DNA of 64,000 bases from Dehalococcoidia bacterium (GTDB taxonomy: Bacteria; Chloroflexota; Dehalococcoidia; UBA2979). Both the position numbers and the translations under genes were made by a program. The stretch is taken from contig OZ253555.1 of assembly GCA_965262725.1 (NCBI GenBank), positions 2,944,001 to 3,008,000 of the forward strand, written 5' to 3'. Shown here in pieces: positions 40,278 to 49,618 of this stretch (positions within the stretch are counted from its first letter, which is position 1; each line of letters starts with the position of its first letter). The notes under the pieces were generated by a model. It ran no database searches, was not told the origin of the DNA, and saw nothing but the letters and a program-made list of their open reading frames with translations.

Positions 40278-41975
40278 ATGCAGCTCCGCTCCATCGGTGA
40301 GCTCTCCCCGGAGCAGCGGAGGCGGATCCGAGCCTGGTGCATGTACGACTGGGCCAACTCGGCGTACGCAACCACCGTCGCCGCCATCGCGCCCGTCTAC
40401 TTCGTCTTCCTCTTCAAGGAATCCGTCGGCGAGAACGGGACGGTTCTCGGCATCTTCACGGGCAGCTCGATGTGGGGCCTTGGCGTTGCTCTCTCGACCG
40501 CCGTGGTCGCCTTCTCGAGCCCCGTGCTGGGCGTTCTCTCGGATCGCATCCCGATCCGCCGGGCACTGCTGGCGGCGTACACCGTGCTCGGGTCGCTCTT
40601 CGCGGCGCTGGCGTTCTTCGCACCCTGGGCGCCCATGCCGTGGCTGTGGATCTTCGCGACCTACTCGCTCGCGAACGTCGGCTTCGCCGGCGGTCTCATC
40701 GTCTACAACTCGTTCCTGCCACACCTCGGGCCGAGACACCTCCTGGACAAGATCAGCAGCCGCGGCTTCGCCTACGGCTACCTGGGCGGCGGTCTCCTGC
40801 TTATGGTGCACCTCTCGCTCGTGCTCGCCACGCGGGACAGCGACGCCGCCGACCTCGCCACCCGCCTCGCCCTCGCCTCCGTGGGGGTGTGGTGGCTGGG
40901 GTGGGCGACCTGGACCTTGCGCGTCGTGCCCGAGCCGCCCGTGGTGCGCTCCAGTCAGCGCATGACGGCGACCTCCGCCGCCGCGATCGGCATCCGCGAG
41001 CTTGGCCAGACCCTCCGCGAGCTGACGCGGTTCCGGGTGGTACTCGTCTTCCTGGCGGCCTACGTGCTCTTCAACGACGGCGTGCAGACGGTGCTGGCGA
41101 TAGCCGGCGCCTACGCTGCCGACACGCTCGGCATCCCGCTCGCCTTCAACATGGGCACGATCGCGACCATCCAATTCGTCGCGGTGCCCGGGTCGCTCGC
41201 CTTCGGTTGGCTCGCGGACCGCATCTCGACGAAGCGCGCGCTCACCGTCTCGCTCGCCGCCTGGGCGGGGATCGTCCTGCTCGGTGTCTCGCTGGCGCCG
41301 CTGCCGCCGAGCGCCCACGGCGACTTCGACATCAGGCTCGCCTACCAGGAGGGATCCGACGACTACCTGGTCGAGTCGGCACCGGACCTCGACGATCCCC
41401 TTGAGCTCAGCCGGGGTGGCTCCACCTGGCGCATCGAGGAGGGACACACCTTCCGGCCGTCGGCGGCCTCGGACCTCGCCGACGCGGTACGGGAGGGGCA
41501 CGAGGTCGAGTACTCGCTCTCGCTCCGGGGCGGCCCACTCGACGGCGCGTCCGCCGTGGGCTCGGCCCACCCGTCGGTACTGGGCGAGGGTCCTCTCGAC
41601 TGGTGGCCCTCGCTGGTGAGGGAGCGGGTGTGGCAGCCGCTCGGACTCGGCGTGGGGCCGCAGTGGCTCCTCCTCGGGATGATGGTGGGGTGGGTGATCG
41701 GGGGGAGCCAGGCCCTCGCCCGCAGCCTTTTCGCGCAGATCACGCCCCACAGCCGCAGCGGCGAGTTCTTCTCCTTCTTCGGTTTCATCGGCCGGGCGTC
41801 GTCGATCTTCGGCCCGATGGTCTACATCGCGGCGACCGCGCTCTTCGACACGCGCGTCGCCGTCACGTCCATCCTCGTCATCATTCTCGCCGGCACCGTC
41901 GTGCTGAGGTGGGTCGACGTCGCCGAGGGTGCCCGCGTCGCGGCCGCCGAGGACGCGCGCACCGGCGTGTCCTGA
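40278..41975 (+). CDS. MFS transporter, Atg22/UMF1 family, with inserted loop domain
   Basis: AWCMYDWANSAY, ISSRGFAYGYLGG, NDGVQT, GGSQALARS, GEFFSFF. Confidence 0.88.
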   Translation: MQLRSIGELSPEQRRRIRAWCMYDWANSAYATTVAAIAPVYFVFLFKESVGENGTVLGIFTGSSMWGLGVALSTAVVAFSSPVLGVLSDRIPIRRALLAAYTVLGSLFAALAFFAPWAPMPWLWIFATYSLANVGFAGGLIVYNSFLPHLGPRHLLDKISSRGFAYGYLGGGLLLMVHLSLVLATRDSDAADLATRLALASVGVWWLGWATWTLRVVPEPPVVRSSQRMTATSAAAIGIRELGQTLRELTRFRVVLVFLAAYVLFNDGVQTVLAIAGAYAADTLGIPLAFNMGTIATIQFVAVPGSLAFGWLADRISTKRALTVSLAAWAGIVLLGVSLAPLPPSAHGDFDIRLAYQEGSDDYLVESAPDLDDPLELSRGGSTWRIEEGHTFRPSAASDLADAVREGHEVEYSLSLRGGPLDGASAVGSAHPSVLGEGPLDWWPSLVRERVWQPLGLGVGPQWLLLGMMVGWVIGGSQALARSLFAQITPHSRSGEFFSFFGFIGRASSIFGPMVYIAATALFDTRVAVTSILVIILAGTVVLRWVDVAEGARVAAAEDARTGVS

Positions 41976-42043
41976 CGGCGCCAGGAGTCGGGGAAGCGGC
42001 GGGCGAGGCCTCCGAGCGCCGCCGCCCGTGATGGCGGCATCCG

Positions 42044-42589
42044 TTGGAGGGGGACGTCACCGTCGACGCCGCGCTGATCGCCCTCGTTGTTGCCCTCAAG
42101 TACCTGCTGCCGCTCCTGCTGATCCCCTTCCCCTTCCTCGCGGGCTGGGGGAACTTCGTCCTCGACAGCGTGGACGGCGACATCCTGATCCCGCTCGGCC
42201 TGGCCGAGGGGATCTACCAGGACGTCGACAAGTCGGCCGACTACGTCACCTACATCTGCATGGTGATCGCCGCGTGGCGCTGGCCGCTGCGGCGCGTGGT
42301 CATCGCCCTCTTCGCGCTCCGCACCGTCGGACAGGCGCTCTTCTTCATCACCGACGATGAGATCGTCTTCTTCCTCTTCCCGAACTTCCTCGAACCGCTC
42401 TTCCTCGCGTACGCGAGCATCGCGTTCGTGAAGCGGTCGGAGGCACCGGCGTTCTTCGCCCGGCACGCGATCGTGATCTGGCTCGTCGTCGTCGTCTACA
42501 AGCTGCAGGACGAGTACGTCACCCATGTCGGGAACATCGATCGGACGGATCTGGTCGGGGAGCTCGTCGGTCGCCTCCTGGGCGGCTGA
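42044..42589 (+). CDS. Hypothetical membrane protein (DxxDG motif)
   Basis: Multiple TM segments; LDSVDGD...YQDVDKSAD. Confidence 0.7.
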   Translation: MEGDVTVDAALIALVVALKYLLPLLLIPFPFLAGWGNFVLDSVDGDILIPLGLAEGIYQDVDKSADYVTYICMVIAAWRWPLRRVVIALFALRTVGQALFFITDDEIVFFLFPNFLEPLFLAYASIAFVKRSEAPAFFARHAIVIWLVVVVYKLQDEYVTHVGNIDRTDLVGELVGRLLGG

Positions 42590-42759
42590 GCGCCGCGACC
42601 CGCGCGGAGATCGCCGACGGCGGCGACGTGAGGCGAGATGTGTCGTCTCGCACGTAACGCATATGCACTCGATCATATGATGATGGCGCAGCAGGCCCCG
42701 AGGACTATGCCTCTCGATGCAACGCGGCCGATCCGGGGCGCGGGAACGGCGCGGCCGGC

Positions 42760-44265
42760 GTGATGCGGTGGCTGCTGCTCCCCGCGCTGCTGGTCGCGGC
42801 GATCGCCAGTGCGATCGCCGCCCCGCCGCTACCGGCGGATGCGTCGGATCCGCTCGAGGCCGGGCAACAGGCCGTCGTGAGCGCCGACGGCGACCCCCTG
42901 AACCTGCGCACGGCGCCGACCCTGCGCGCCGACGTCATCAGGCGCCTCCCCGACGGGTCCACCGTCACGGCCGTGGGCGAGCAGCGGCAGGCCGACGGCT
43001 ACGCATGGGAGCAGGTCGACGCCGACGGCGACCGCGGTTGGGTGGCAGCCCTCTACCTGGAGGCCGTGGACGCGGCGAACGACGGCGGTGACCCTCCGAC
43101 GTCGACGGAGGCGTCAGACTCCCTCCAGGCCGGAGAGCAGGCCGTCGTCAGGGCCGACGGCGACTGCCTCGCGATGCGCACGGAGCCGGCCCTGAGCGCC
43201 GCCAGTGTCAGCTGCCTCGCCGAGGGGACGACCGTCACGGCCCTCGGCGAGCAGCGGCAGGCGGACGAGCTCACCTGGGAGCGGGTCGCAGGCGACGGGC
43301 GTCAGGGCTGGGTGGCCGCCCTCTACCTGAAGGCGGTGGACGGGGAGGACAACGGAGACACGACGGCTCCCACAACCGGAGCCCGACTCCTGCCGGTTCC
43401 ACCCCGCGGAGGGCTGACCCTCGGCATCGCCGACACGTCCGATGTGGAGGCCCTGATCGCCGCGCAGACCTTCAGGGTCTCAAGCGTCTGGCTCTACCGC
43501 ATTGCGACGCAGGACTACCTGCGGTACATCCCCAACGCTCCCGCGATGGTGAACACGCTCGATTCCTCTTCGCTCACGCCGGAGAGCATCGTCATGCTGA
43601 GGCGGAGCGGCGAGCGGGCCGACCAGAGCGTCGAGCGTCCTGCGGCGCCCGACGAGGCGGTCCGCGGCACGCCAAATGTGCTGCCCTCGCCACCGTCCGA
43701 GGGACTGACGGTGGGCATCTCCGGCACGAACGACCCGGTCGCCCTCGCCGACGCGCAGCCCTTCGAGGTGCGCATGGTCGCGTTCCTGCACGTGCCCACC
43801 CAGCTGCAGCTCGTGTACATCCCCGGCGCACCGGCCTTCGTGCAGTCGCTCGCGCGCGGCGTGCTCGAGCCCGACTCGGTGGTCTGGATGCGAGCGGGAA
43901 GCGTCCCGCCGGCCCCCGGGTCAACGCCGCCGACGAGCGGAACGGTCGTCGACGCCACGTTCAGCTACTTCTACTGCAACCAGGGGACGATCGAGGCCGG
44001 CATCGGCGACGGCGGCGGCTGGTGCGGCGCTATGGCGAACGGCCAGATCGTCTACGCGGGAGCCGCAGCCTGCGCGCGGGAAAACCTCGGGCAGCGCTTC
44101 CGCATCCTCGGCGACCCGCTGGATCGGACCTACACCTGCGCCGACACCGGCAGCGCCGTACACGGCAACCACCGCGACATCTGGTTCGACAACAGCGACG
44201 ACGGGCTCAACTGGGTCCGGCAGGTGGGCGAGAGCGGCCGCATCGAGATCCTCCCCGAGGAGTAG
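42760..44265 (+). CDS. Secreted protein: 2x SH3b + 2x unknown repeat + 3D (MltA-like) domain
   Basis: Signal peptide; LNLRTAP...GWVAALYL repeated; C-terminal CADTGSAV...DIWF. Confidence 0.8.
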   Translation: MMRWLLLPALLVAAIASAIAAPPLPADASDPLEAGQQAVVSADGDPLNLRTAPTLRADVIRRLPDGSTVTAVGEQRQADGYAWEQVDADGDRGWVAALYLEAVDAANDGGDPPTSTEASDSLQAGEQAVVRADGDCLAMRTEPALSAASVSCLAEGTTVTALGEQRQADELTWERVAGDGRQGWVAALYLKAVDGEDNGDTTAPTTGARLLPVPPRGGLTLGIADTSDVEALIAAQTFRVSSVWLYRIATQDYLRYIPNAPAMVNTLDSSSLTPESIVMLRRSGERADQSVERPAAPDEAVRGTPNVLPSPPSEGLTVGISGTNDPVALADAQPFEVRMVAFLHVPTQLQLVYIPGAPAFVQSLARGVLEPDSVVWMRAGSVPPAPGSTPPTSGTVVDATFSYFYCNQGTIEAGIGDGGGWCGAMANGQIVYAGAAACARENLGQRFRILGDPLDRTYTCADTGSAVHGNHRDIWFDNSDDGLNWVRQVGESGRIEILPEE

Positions 44266-44307
44266 CGGCCGAGGAGCAGCGCGGCCCCGGGCCCGCCCGG
44301 CCGCCGG

Positions 44308-44502
44308 CTACTCGAGGACTCGGAGCGTCCCCGGGATGTCCATCCTCCGCAGCCTGCGCACGGTGAGGGGTGGGGGCGAGGCTCACCACGGCGCTACCGC
44401 CGCCAGCAGCGCGGCCATCGGCGGCGCGTCGATGGAGAGGATGACACCCATGTCGGGGTAATTCTCCGAATCGCTCCGGCCGATGACGGCTCGCCGCGAC
44501 AT
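44308..44502 (-). pseudogene. Remnant C-terminus of an ABC (FtsX-like) permease
   Basis: Frameshifted ...ALLAA/AVVSLAP/LTVRRLRRMDIPGTLRVLE*. Confidence 0.4.
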
Positions 44503-44588
44503 CGGCCGACGCCCCGCCCGCGGGTGCAGCGCACGCGCGGCGGGGGAGAGGCGGAATCACGAGCGCGCCGGAGGGGAAGTCCGCGCGG

Positions 44589-45053
44589 TCAGAGCCGGGG
44601 CGGGTTGCGCGAGTAGGTGATCTCCATCGGGCTCTGCGTCAGCGTCCGCCGCCGTCCGTCGTCGAAGTCATCGATCTCCACGCGCAGCCAGTGCACGCCC
44701 TCGAGCTCGATGCGTATGCGGGCCCGGAGCACGATGCGCTGGCCCCTGTGCGGGGCCTCCCACGTGACGTCGTACTTCCCCAGCTCCTGGACATCCCCGC
44801 TCGGCTTCTCCAGCGAGAGGTGCACGGTCGAGCGGCCCAGCGCGTCGCCGGCCACCATCCCGACGACGATGCCGAACTCGTGGTCGAACGGCTCGAGCGC
44901 CCCCGGCGCGTCCGGCCGCACGACGTGGTGGGCGACCCGGTCGACGGCCCGGACGTAGGTGAAGACGCCGTCCTTCCCCTCGATGGCGGCGTCGCAGAAG
45001 AACGCCTCGCGCACCCACGGTCCGCCGCGTCGTGATCCTCCCGAGGTCACCAC
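44589..45053 (-). CDS. Hypothetical beta-sandwich protein (DUF6941-like)
   Basis: GPWVREAFFCD...DGVFTYVRAVDR...EGVHWL; GGAGGAGG RBS. Confidence 0.65.
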   Translation of the reverse strand: MVTSGGSRRGGPWVREAFFCDAAIEGKDGVFTYVRAVDRVAHHVVRPDAPGALEPFDHEFGIVVGMVAGDALGRSTVHLSLEKPSGDVQELGKYDVTWEAPHRGQRIVLRARIRIELEGVHWLRVEIDDFDDGRRRTLTQSPMEITYSRNPPRL

Positions 45054-45130
45054 CCGCCTCCTCCGCCCGGCCGCGATGCTACACCGGCGCCGCGGTGCGG
45101 GGGCGGCGCGACGGAACCAGGCGCGGGCGA

Positions 45131-46438
45131 TCAGCCGATGCGGACGGCGGCCTCCGGGTAGCGCAGGAGGTTCTCCGAGCGGTCCGGCACCGAGAGCGCG
45201 ACCAGGAGCGACCCGAGCCGCCCGAGGAACATCAGCGCCACCACCACGAGAGCGCCCCCCTCGGAGAGCCCGGCCGTGACGCCCTGCGACCAGCCGACGT
45301 TCGCGAGCGCGGACATCGCCTCGAAGAGCAGCCTCAGGAACGCGACGTCGTTCTCGGTCAGCGCCAGGAGCCACGTCCCGGCGGCGTGCGTCGCGAAGGC
45401 GATCATCGTGATGGCGATGGCCCGTGAGACGATCGCGGGCGGGATCTCGCGGCCGAAGGCCCGCGGCCGATCGTGGCCGCGCACCGTCGAGAGGACGACG
45501 ACCACGCTCACCATGAACGAACCGACCTTGATGCCGCCGGCAGCCGATGTCGACGCGCCGCCGATGAACATCAGCACCAGGAGCGCCGCCGTTGTCGAGT
45601 CCTGCAGCGCCGACATGTCGACGGTGGCCATCCCGGTCGTGCGGTTCACCGAGAGGAAGAAGGCGTTGGCGAGCGCCGACACCACGCCCTGACCCTCCAG
45701 CACGCGGCCCGGGGCGAGCTCGCCTGCGAGCAGGACAACCATCCCCACGAGCAAGAGCCCGCCCATCCCGTAGGCGACCAGCCTGGTGTCGAGCGACCAG
45801 CGGCCGGGGGCGCGCCTCAGGTTGAGGACGGTGATGAAGGAGAGGCTCCCGACGAACGCCGAGATGCCCATCACGACGAGCAGGTAGCCGCTTTCGGCGT
45901 GCGCCGCCATGCTCCGCCCGCCGCCCATCAGGTCGAACCCCGCGTTGTTGAAGGCCGAGATCGCGTGGAAGGCCGCCCGCCAGACGCCCTCCCGCAGGCC
46001 GTCCTCGGCGAGAAACCACGGGAGCAGCAGGAGGAACGTCGCCCCCTCGACGACGATCACGAAGCGCATCACGCGGCGCAGGAGCACGCGGACATCGTGC
46101 ACGGCGACATCCTCGAGCTCGATGCCGAAGAACTGCCGCTCGCTCAGCCCGAAGCGGCGGCCGAGCACGAGCAGGAGCGCGCCAGCGTACATCGTGACAC
46201 CGAGCCCGCCCGCCTGGATCAGGAGCGCGATGACCACCTCGCCGAAGGCGCTCCAGTGGTCGGCCGTGTCGACGCGCACGAGGCCGGTCACGCAGATCGC
46301 GGAGGCGGAGGTGAAGAGCGCGACGGAGCCCCTCGTCCACTCGCCCGACTCGGTCGCGAACGGGAGCGAGAGGAGCCCGGCACCTAGCAGGATCGCCGCC
46401 GCGAACGCCGCCGGCACCATCCACAGCCGCAGACGCAT
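45131..46438 (-). CDS. ktrB: Trk/Ktr-type K+ transporter membrane subunit; start uncertain, possibly 46564
   Basis: SAICVTGL, IQAGGLG, FHAISAFNNAGF, GGIKV, FEAMSALANVG. Confidence 0.88.
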   Translation of the reverse strand: MRLRLWMVPAAFAAAILLGAGLLSLPFATESGEWTRGSVALFTSASAICVTGLVRVDTADHWSAFGEVVIALLIQAGGLGVTMYAGALLLVLGRRFGLSERQFFGIELEDVAVHDVRVLLRRVMRFVIVVEGATFLLLLPWFLAEDGLREGVWRAAFHAISAFNNAGFDLMGGGRSMAAHAESGYLLVVMGISAFVGSLSFITVLNLRRAPGRWSLDTRLVAYGMGGLLLVGMVVLLAGELAPGRVLEGQGVVSALANAFFLSVNRTTGMATVDMSALQDSTTAALLVLMFIGGASTSAAGGIKVGSFMVSVVVVLSTVRGHDRPRAFGREIPPAIVSRAIAITMIAFATHAAGTWLLALTENDVAFLRLLFEAMSALANVGWSQGVTAGLSEGGALVVVALMFLGRLGSLLVALSVPDRSENLLRYPEAAVRIG

Positions 46439-46624
46439 CGGCCGCCGTCTGCGCACGACGACGTCGATGATCGCCGTGCGGCGCCGCCCGCGGCGCACGC
46501 GGACATCGCCGGGACGCTGGCCGACCCTCCGCACCGCGCCTCCCCTCGGCACCGCCTCCGCCACTCTACCGTCGCCAATCCCCGGGGACGACGCGGAGGC
46601 TCACGCTCGCCGCCGGGGCCGACC

Positions 46625-47461
46625 TCAGGCCCGGGTCCCACCCTCCCCCTCCGGGCCGCGACCCCGCGTGCGCCCGGCGCGGATCGAGCGCGAGTCCTGC
46701 GGCATCGCCAGGGAGACGACCGAGGAGCGGCCGACCTGGCCGCGCCGGTCGAAGAGCGCGCACTCGGCCGTCGCGATCCCCTCGGCGCTGCCGCGGGCCG
46801 CGACCTGCATGCAGAGCCACTCGCCCTCGGGCGGGCGGTGCAGGTAGAGCGTGACGTCGCCGTTGATGAAGAAGAGCCCGCGGTCGCTGCGGTTGGCGCT
46901 GGGGTTGGTCATGTCGGCGGCGGCCGCGGTGCGCTCGAGCGGCGAGACGGCCTCCCCGGAGAGAAGCGGCAGCAGCATCCGCACCCAGCGCGTCGCCGGC
47001 TCGCCGGGGGAGGGAGCGGGAAGCGAGCGCCGCTCCCACGAGCCCTCGAGCAACGGAAAGGTCTCCGGGTCGAGCGGAACGATCTCGGGCGGCGGGGGAG
47101 GCGGGGCCGGTACCTCGGCGATGCGGCCCGGGGGCTCTTCGCTCGGGCGCAGCAGGAGGGCCGAGGCGCGGCTGACGACTCGCCCCTCGTGCTCGAGCCA
47201 GGCGTCGAGCGCGTGGAGCCGCCTGCCGGCGCGGACGACCTTCGTGCGCACCGAGAGCGGCGCCCACGGCACGGCCCGGAAGAGGTCGACGGTGAGCCGC
47301 GCGACGTGGAAGTCCGGGGGTCGCTCCCGCTCCACGCCGTGCGCGAGGAGCGCCGCGATCATCGATCCGGAGAGCTGCCCCTCGTCCCACGGGCCGTGCG
47401 AGCGATCCGTGGGACGGTAGCGATCACCCTCCCTGACGAAGAACGACGCGGCGCCGTCCAT
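46625..47461 (-). CDS. Acyl-CoA thioesterase-like (double hotdog) protein
   Basis: GPWDEGQLSG, RLTVDLFRAVP, FINGDVTLYLHRPP.GEW. Confidence 0.82.
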   Translation of the reverse strand: MDGAASFFVREGDRYRPTDRSHGPWDEGQLSGSMIAALLAHGVERERPPDFHVARLTVDLFRAVPWAPLSVRTKVVRAGRRLHALDAWLEHEGRVVSRASALLLRPSEEPPGRIAEVPAPPPPPPEIVPLDPETFPLLEGSWERRSLPAPSPGEPATRWVRMLLPLLSGEAVSPLERTAAAADMTNPSANRSDRGLFFINGDVTLYLHRPPEGEWLCMQVAARGSAEGIATAECALFDRRGQVGRSSVVSLAMPQDSRSIRAGRTRGRGPEGEGGTRA

Positions 47462-47628
47462 GGACCCCCGGATCCCGCGGGCGGCCGCGCTGAGGTCCGC
47501 CCGGGAGAACCGTCGCAGAGCACGTCCGTGGGGGCAACGGCTGAGACCGCGCCCCGCAGGAGACTCGTGTAGAGTCGGCCCGCCGGAGGCGGCCGGCTGG
47601 CGGCGCCCGCCGGGACAGGGAGGCGGGC

Positions 47629-48534
47629 GTGCGGGTCGCGCTCTTCGGGCAGGCGGCGTTCGGGCGCGACGTGCTCGGCGCGCTGCGCGAGGCGGGGGAG
47701 CGGGTGGTCGGCGTCTCGGCGCCGGTAGCCGTAGGCGGCGCCTCCGATCCGCTCGGCGAGGCCGCCTCCGAGGCCGGCATCCCCGTCCTCGACACGCGCT
47801 CCCTGCGCCATCCGGAGCCGCTTGCGGCGCTCCGCGCCTGGGAACCGGATCTGCTGGTCTTCGCCTTCGTCACGGAGATTGTGCGGCCCGACGTGCTCGC
47901 CGTCCCGCGCCGCGGGACGATCCAGTACCACCCCTCGCTGCTCCCGCGTCACCGCGGGCGCTCGGCGATGAACTGGGCGATCGCCGCGGGCGAGACGGTC
48001 ACCGGGCTCACCATCTTCTGGGTGGACGAGGGCGTGGACACCGGGCCGATCCTGCTTGCGCGGGAGGTCCCCATCGGCCGCGACGACACCGTCGGATCCC
48101 TCTACTTCGAGCGCCTCTACCCGATGGGGGTCGAGGCGCTGGTGGAGGCGGGGGCGGCGCCCCGCACCCCGCAGGAGGAGGTGCTTGCGACCTACGAGCC
48201 GGCGATGGGGCCCCGGCACGCCGCCGTCGACTGGTCAAGGGCCGCGCGTCCCCTCTACGACCACATTCGCGGCTGCGACCCGCAGCCGGGTGCGAGCGCC
48301 CTGCTCGGCGAGAGCGAGATCCGCCTCTTCGACGCGGCGCTGCGCCCTGCCTCAGACCGCACCCCGCCCGGCACGGTGCTCGCGCACACGGATGCGGGCG
48401 CGGTCGAGGTGGCCGTGATCGGAGGCGTGCTCACGGTCGAGCGCGTGCAGCGCGCCGGCGAGCGCAAGCGCCCCGCCGCGGAGCTGCTCGCACCCGGCGA
48501 TCGCCTCGCCCGGGCGGAGACGCCCAGGTCGTAG
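47629..48534 (+). CDS. Formyltransferase (Fmt / 10-formyl-THF hydrolase-like)
   Basis: YHPSLLPRHRG, IFWVDEGVDTGPIL, IRGCDPQPGA. Confidence 0.85.
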   Translation: MRVALFGQAAFGRDVLGALREAGERVVGVSAPVAVGGASDPLGEAASEAGIPVLDTRSLRHPEPLAALRAWEPDLLVFAFVTEIVRPDVLAVPRRGTIQYHPSLLPRHRGRSAMNWAIAAGETVTGLTIFWVDEGVDTGPILLAREVPIGRDDTVGSLYFERLYPMGVEALVEAGAAPRTPQEEVLATYEPAMGPRHAAVDWSRAARPLYDHIRGCDPQPGASALLGESEIRLFDAALRPASDRTPPGTVLAHTDAGAVEVAVIGGVLTVERVQRAGERKRPAAELLAPGDRLARAETPRS

Positions 48535-48567
48535 CTCCCGACCCGGAGCGGTGAGAGCGCGCGCGGC

Positions 48568-49428
48568 CTAGAGCGGCGCGCCCTGGATGTTCGGCCCGCC
48601 GATCTCCATGAAGACGCCGTGCGTGGAGAGCGGGTGCACGAAGAAGCGCCCGCCCGGATCGCCCGTCGGGATGATGCGGCCGCCCTCCGCCTGCACGCGC
48701 TCGGCGAGCGCGTGCGGATCGCTCGCCCCCCAGATCGACATGAAGACGCCCTCGCCGTGGGGGTTCTGCTCGTCGCGGTTGCGCGCCATGTGGCGCTCGA
48801 CGGTGCCCGGCCCGGGCTTCGGCTGGATGATAGTCAGCCACTGCCGCCCGTCTATGCCCCAGGGCGAGGCGATGAAGTTGCCGTCCTCGCTCTCCCAGCG
48901 CGGCGACGTCGAGCCCATCCCGAAGAGGCGAGCGTAGGTCGCCTCAGCCGCGTCGACATCGTGCACCGCGATCCCCATGTGCGAGAGGCGCAGCGGGCGC
49001 TCGCCCTCCGCAGCGGGGCGGGAGGGCTGCACCTCCCACAGCACGCAGTGCGTGGAGAGCGGGTGCACCAGGAACATGCCGCCGGGCTCATTGGAGGGGA
49101 CGGTGCGCCCACCTGCCCCCTCGATCCCCTTCGCCACGGCCGGCGGGTCGTCCGCCTGGCAGACGACGAGCTGCACGCCCTCCCCGTGCGGATTCCGCTC
49201 GTTCGCGCGGAGCTTCATCATCCGCATGAGGTTGGTGTCGTCTCGCGTCGGCGCCATCAGGAGCAGGGTCCGCTCGCCCGCATAGCCGAGCTCCGCCGAG
49301 GCGAAGCCGCCCCACTCCTGCTCGCCACGACCCTGATCCTGTAGCCCGAAGAGCCGCCCGTAGGTCTCGACGGCCTCATCGAGGTCGTGAACCGCGACCG
49401 CGTAGTGGGAAAGCATGAAGCGCGGCAC
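48568..49428 (-). CDS. Two-domain VOC/glyoxalase protein
   Basis: Duplicated LSH..(V/I)AVHD...NPHGEGV...VHPLSTH.V..E. Confidence 0.85.
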   Translation of the reverse strand: MPRFMLSHYAVAVHDLDEAVETYGRLFGLQDQGRGEQEWGGFASAELGYAGERTLLLMAPTRDDTNLMRMMKLRANERNPHGEGVQLVVCQADDPPAVAKGIEGAGGRTVPSNEPGGMFLVHPLSTHCVLWEVQPSRPAAEGERPLRLSHMGIAVHDVDAAEATYARLFGMGSTSPRWESEDGNFIASPWGIDGRQWLTIIQPKPGPGTVERHMARNRDEQNPHGEGVFMSIWGASDPHALAERVQAEGGRIIPTGDPGGRFFVHPLSTHGVFMEIGGPNIQGAPL

Positions 49429-49618
49429 GCTGGACCCCTCTCGCGGCGGACGCCCACCGGCGCCCCCGCCCCCGCCCCCGCCGCCACATCCTGAGGCGGC
49501 CGACTGCCCTTATAGCAAAGTGGCGTGGCTTCCGTCGCGCGCCGGAGCGCCCTCCCGGATGAGGCCCCGACTCGCCCCGCTGGTCCGGCGCCGCCTGCGG
49601 CCGAGTATCCCGGGAGGC

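Noticed and set aside
42590-46620. c-di-AMP (ydaO) riboswitch before the SH3/3D gene or ktrB
   Set aside because: Consensus elements are not recognisable in either leader
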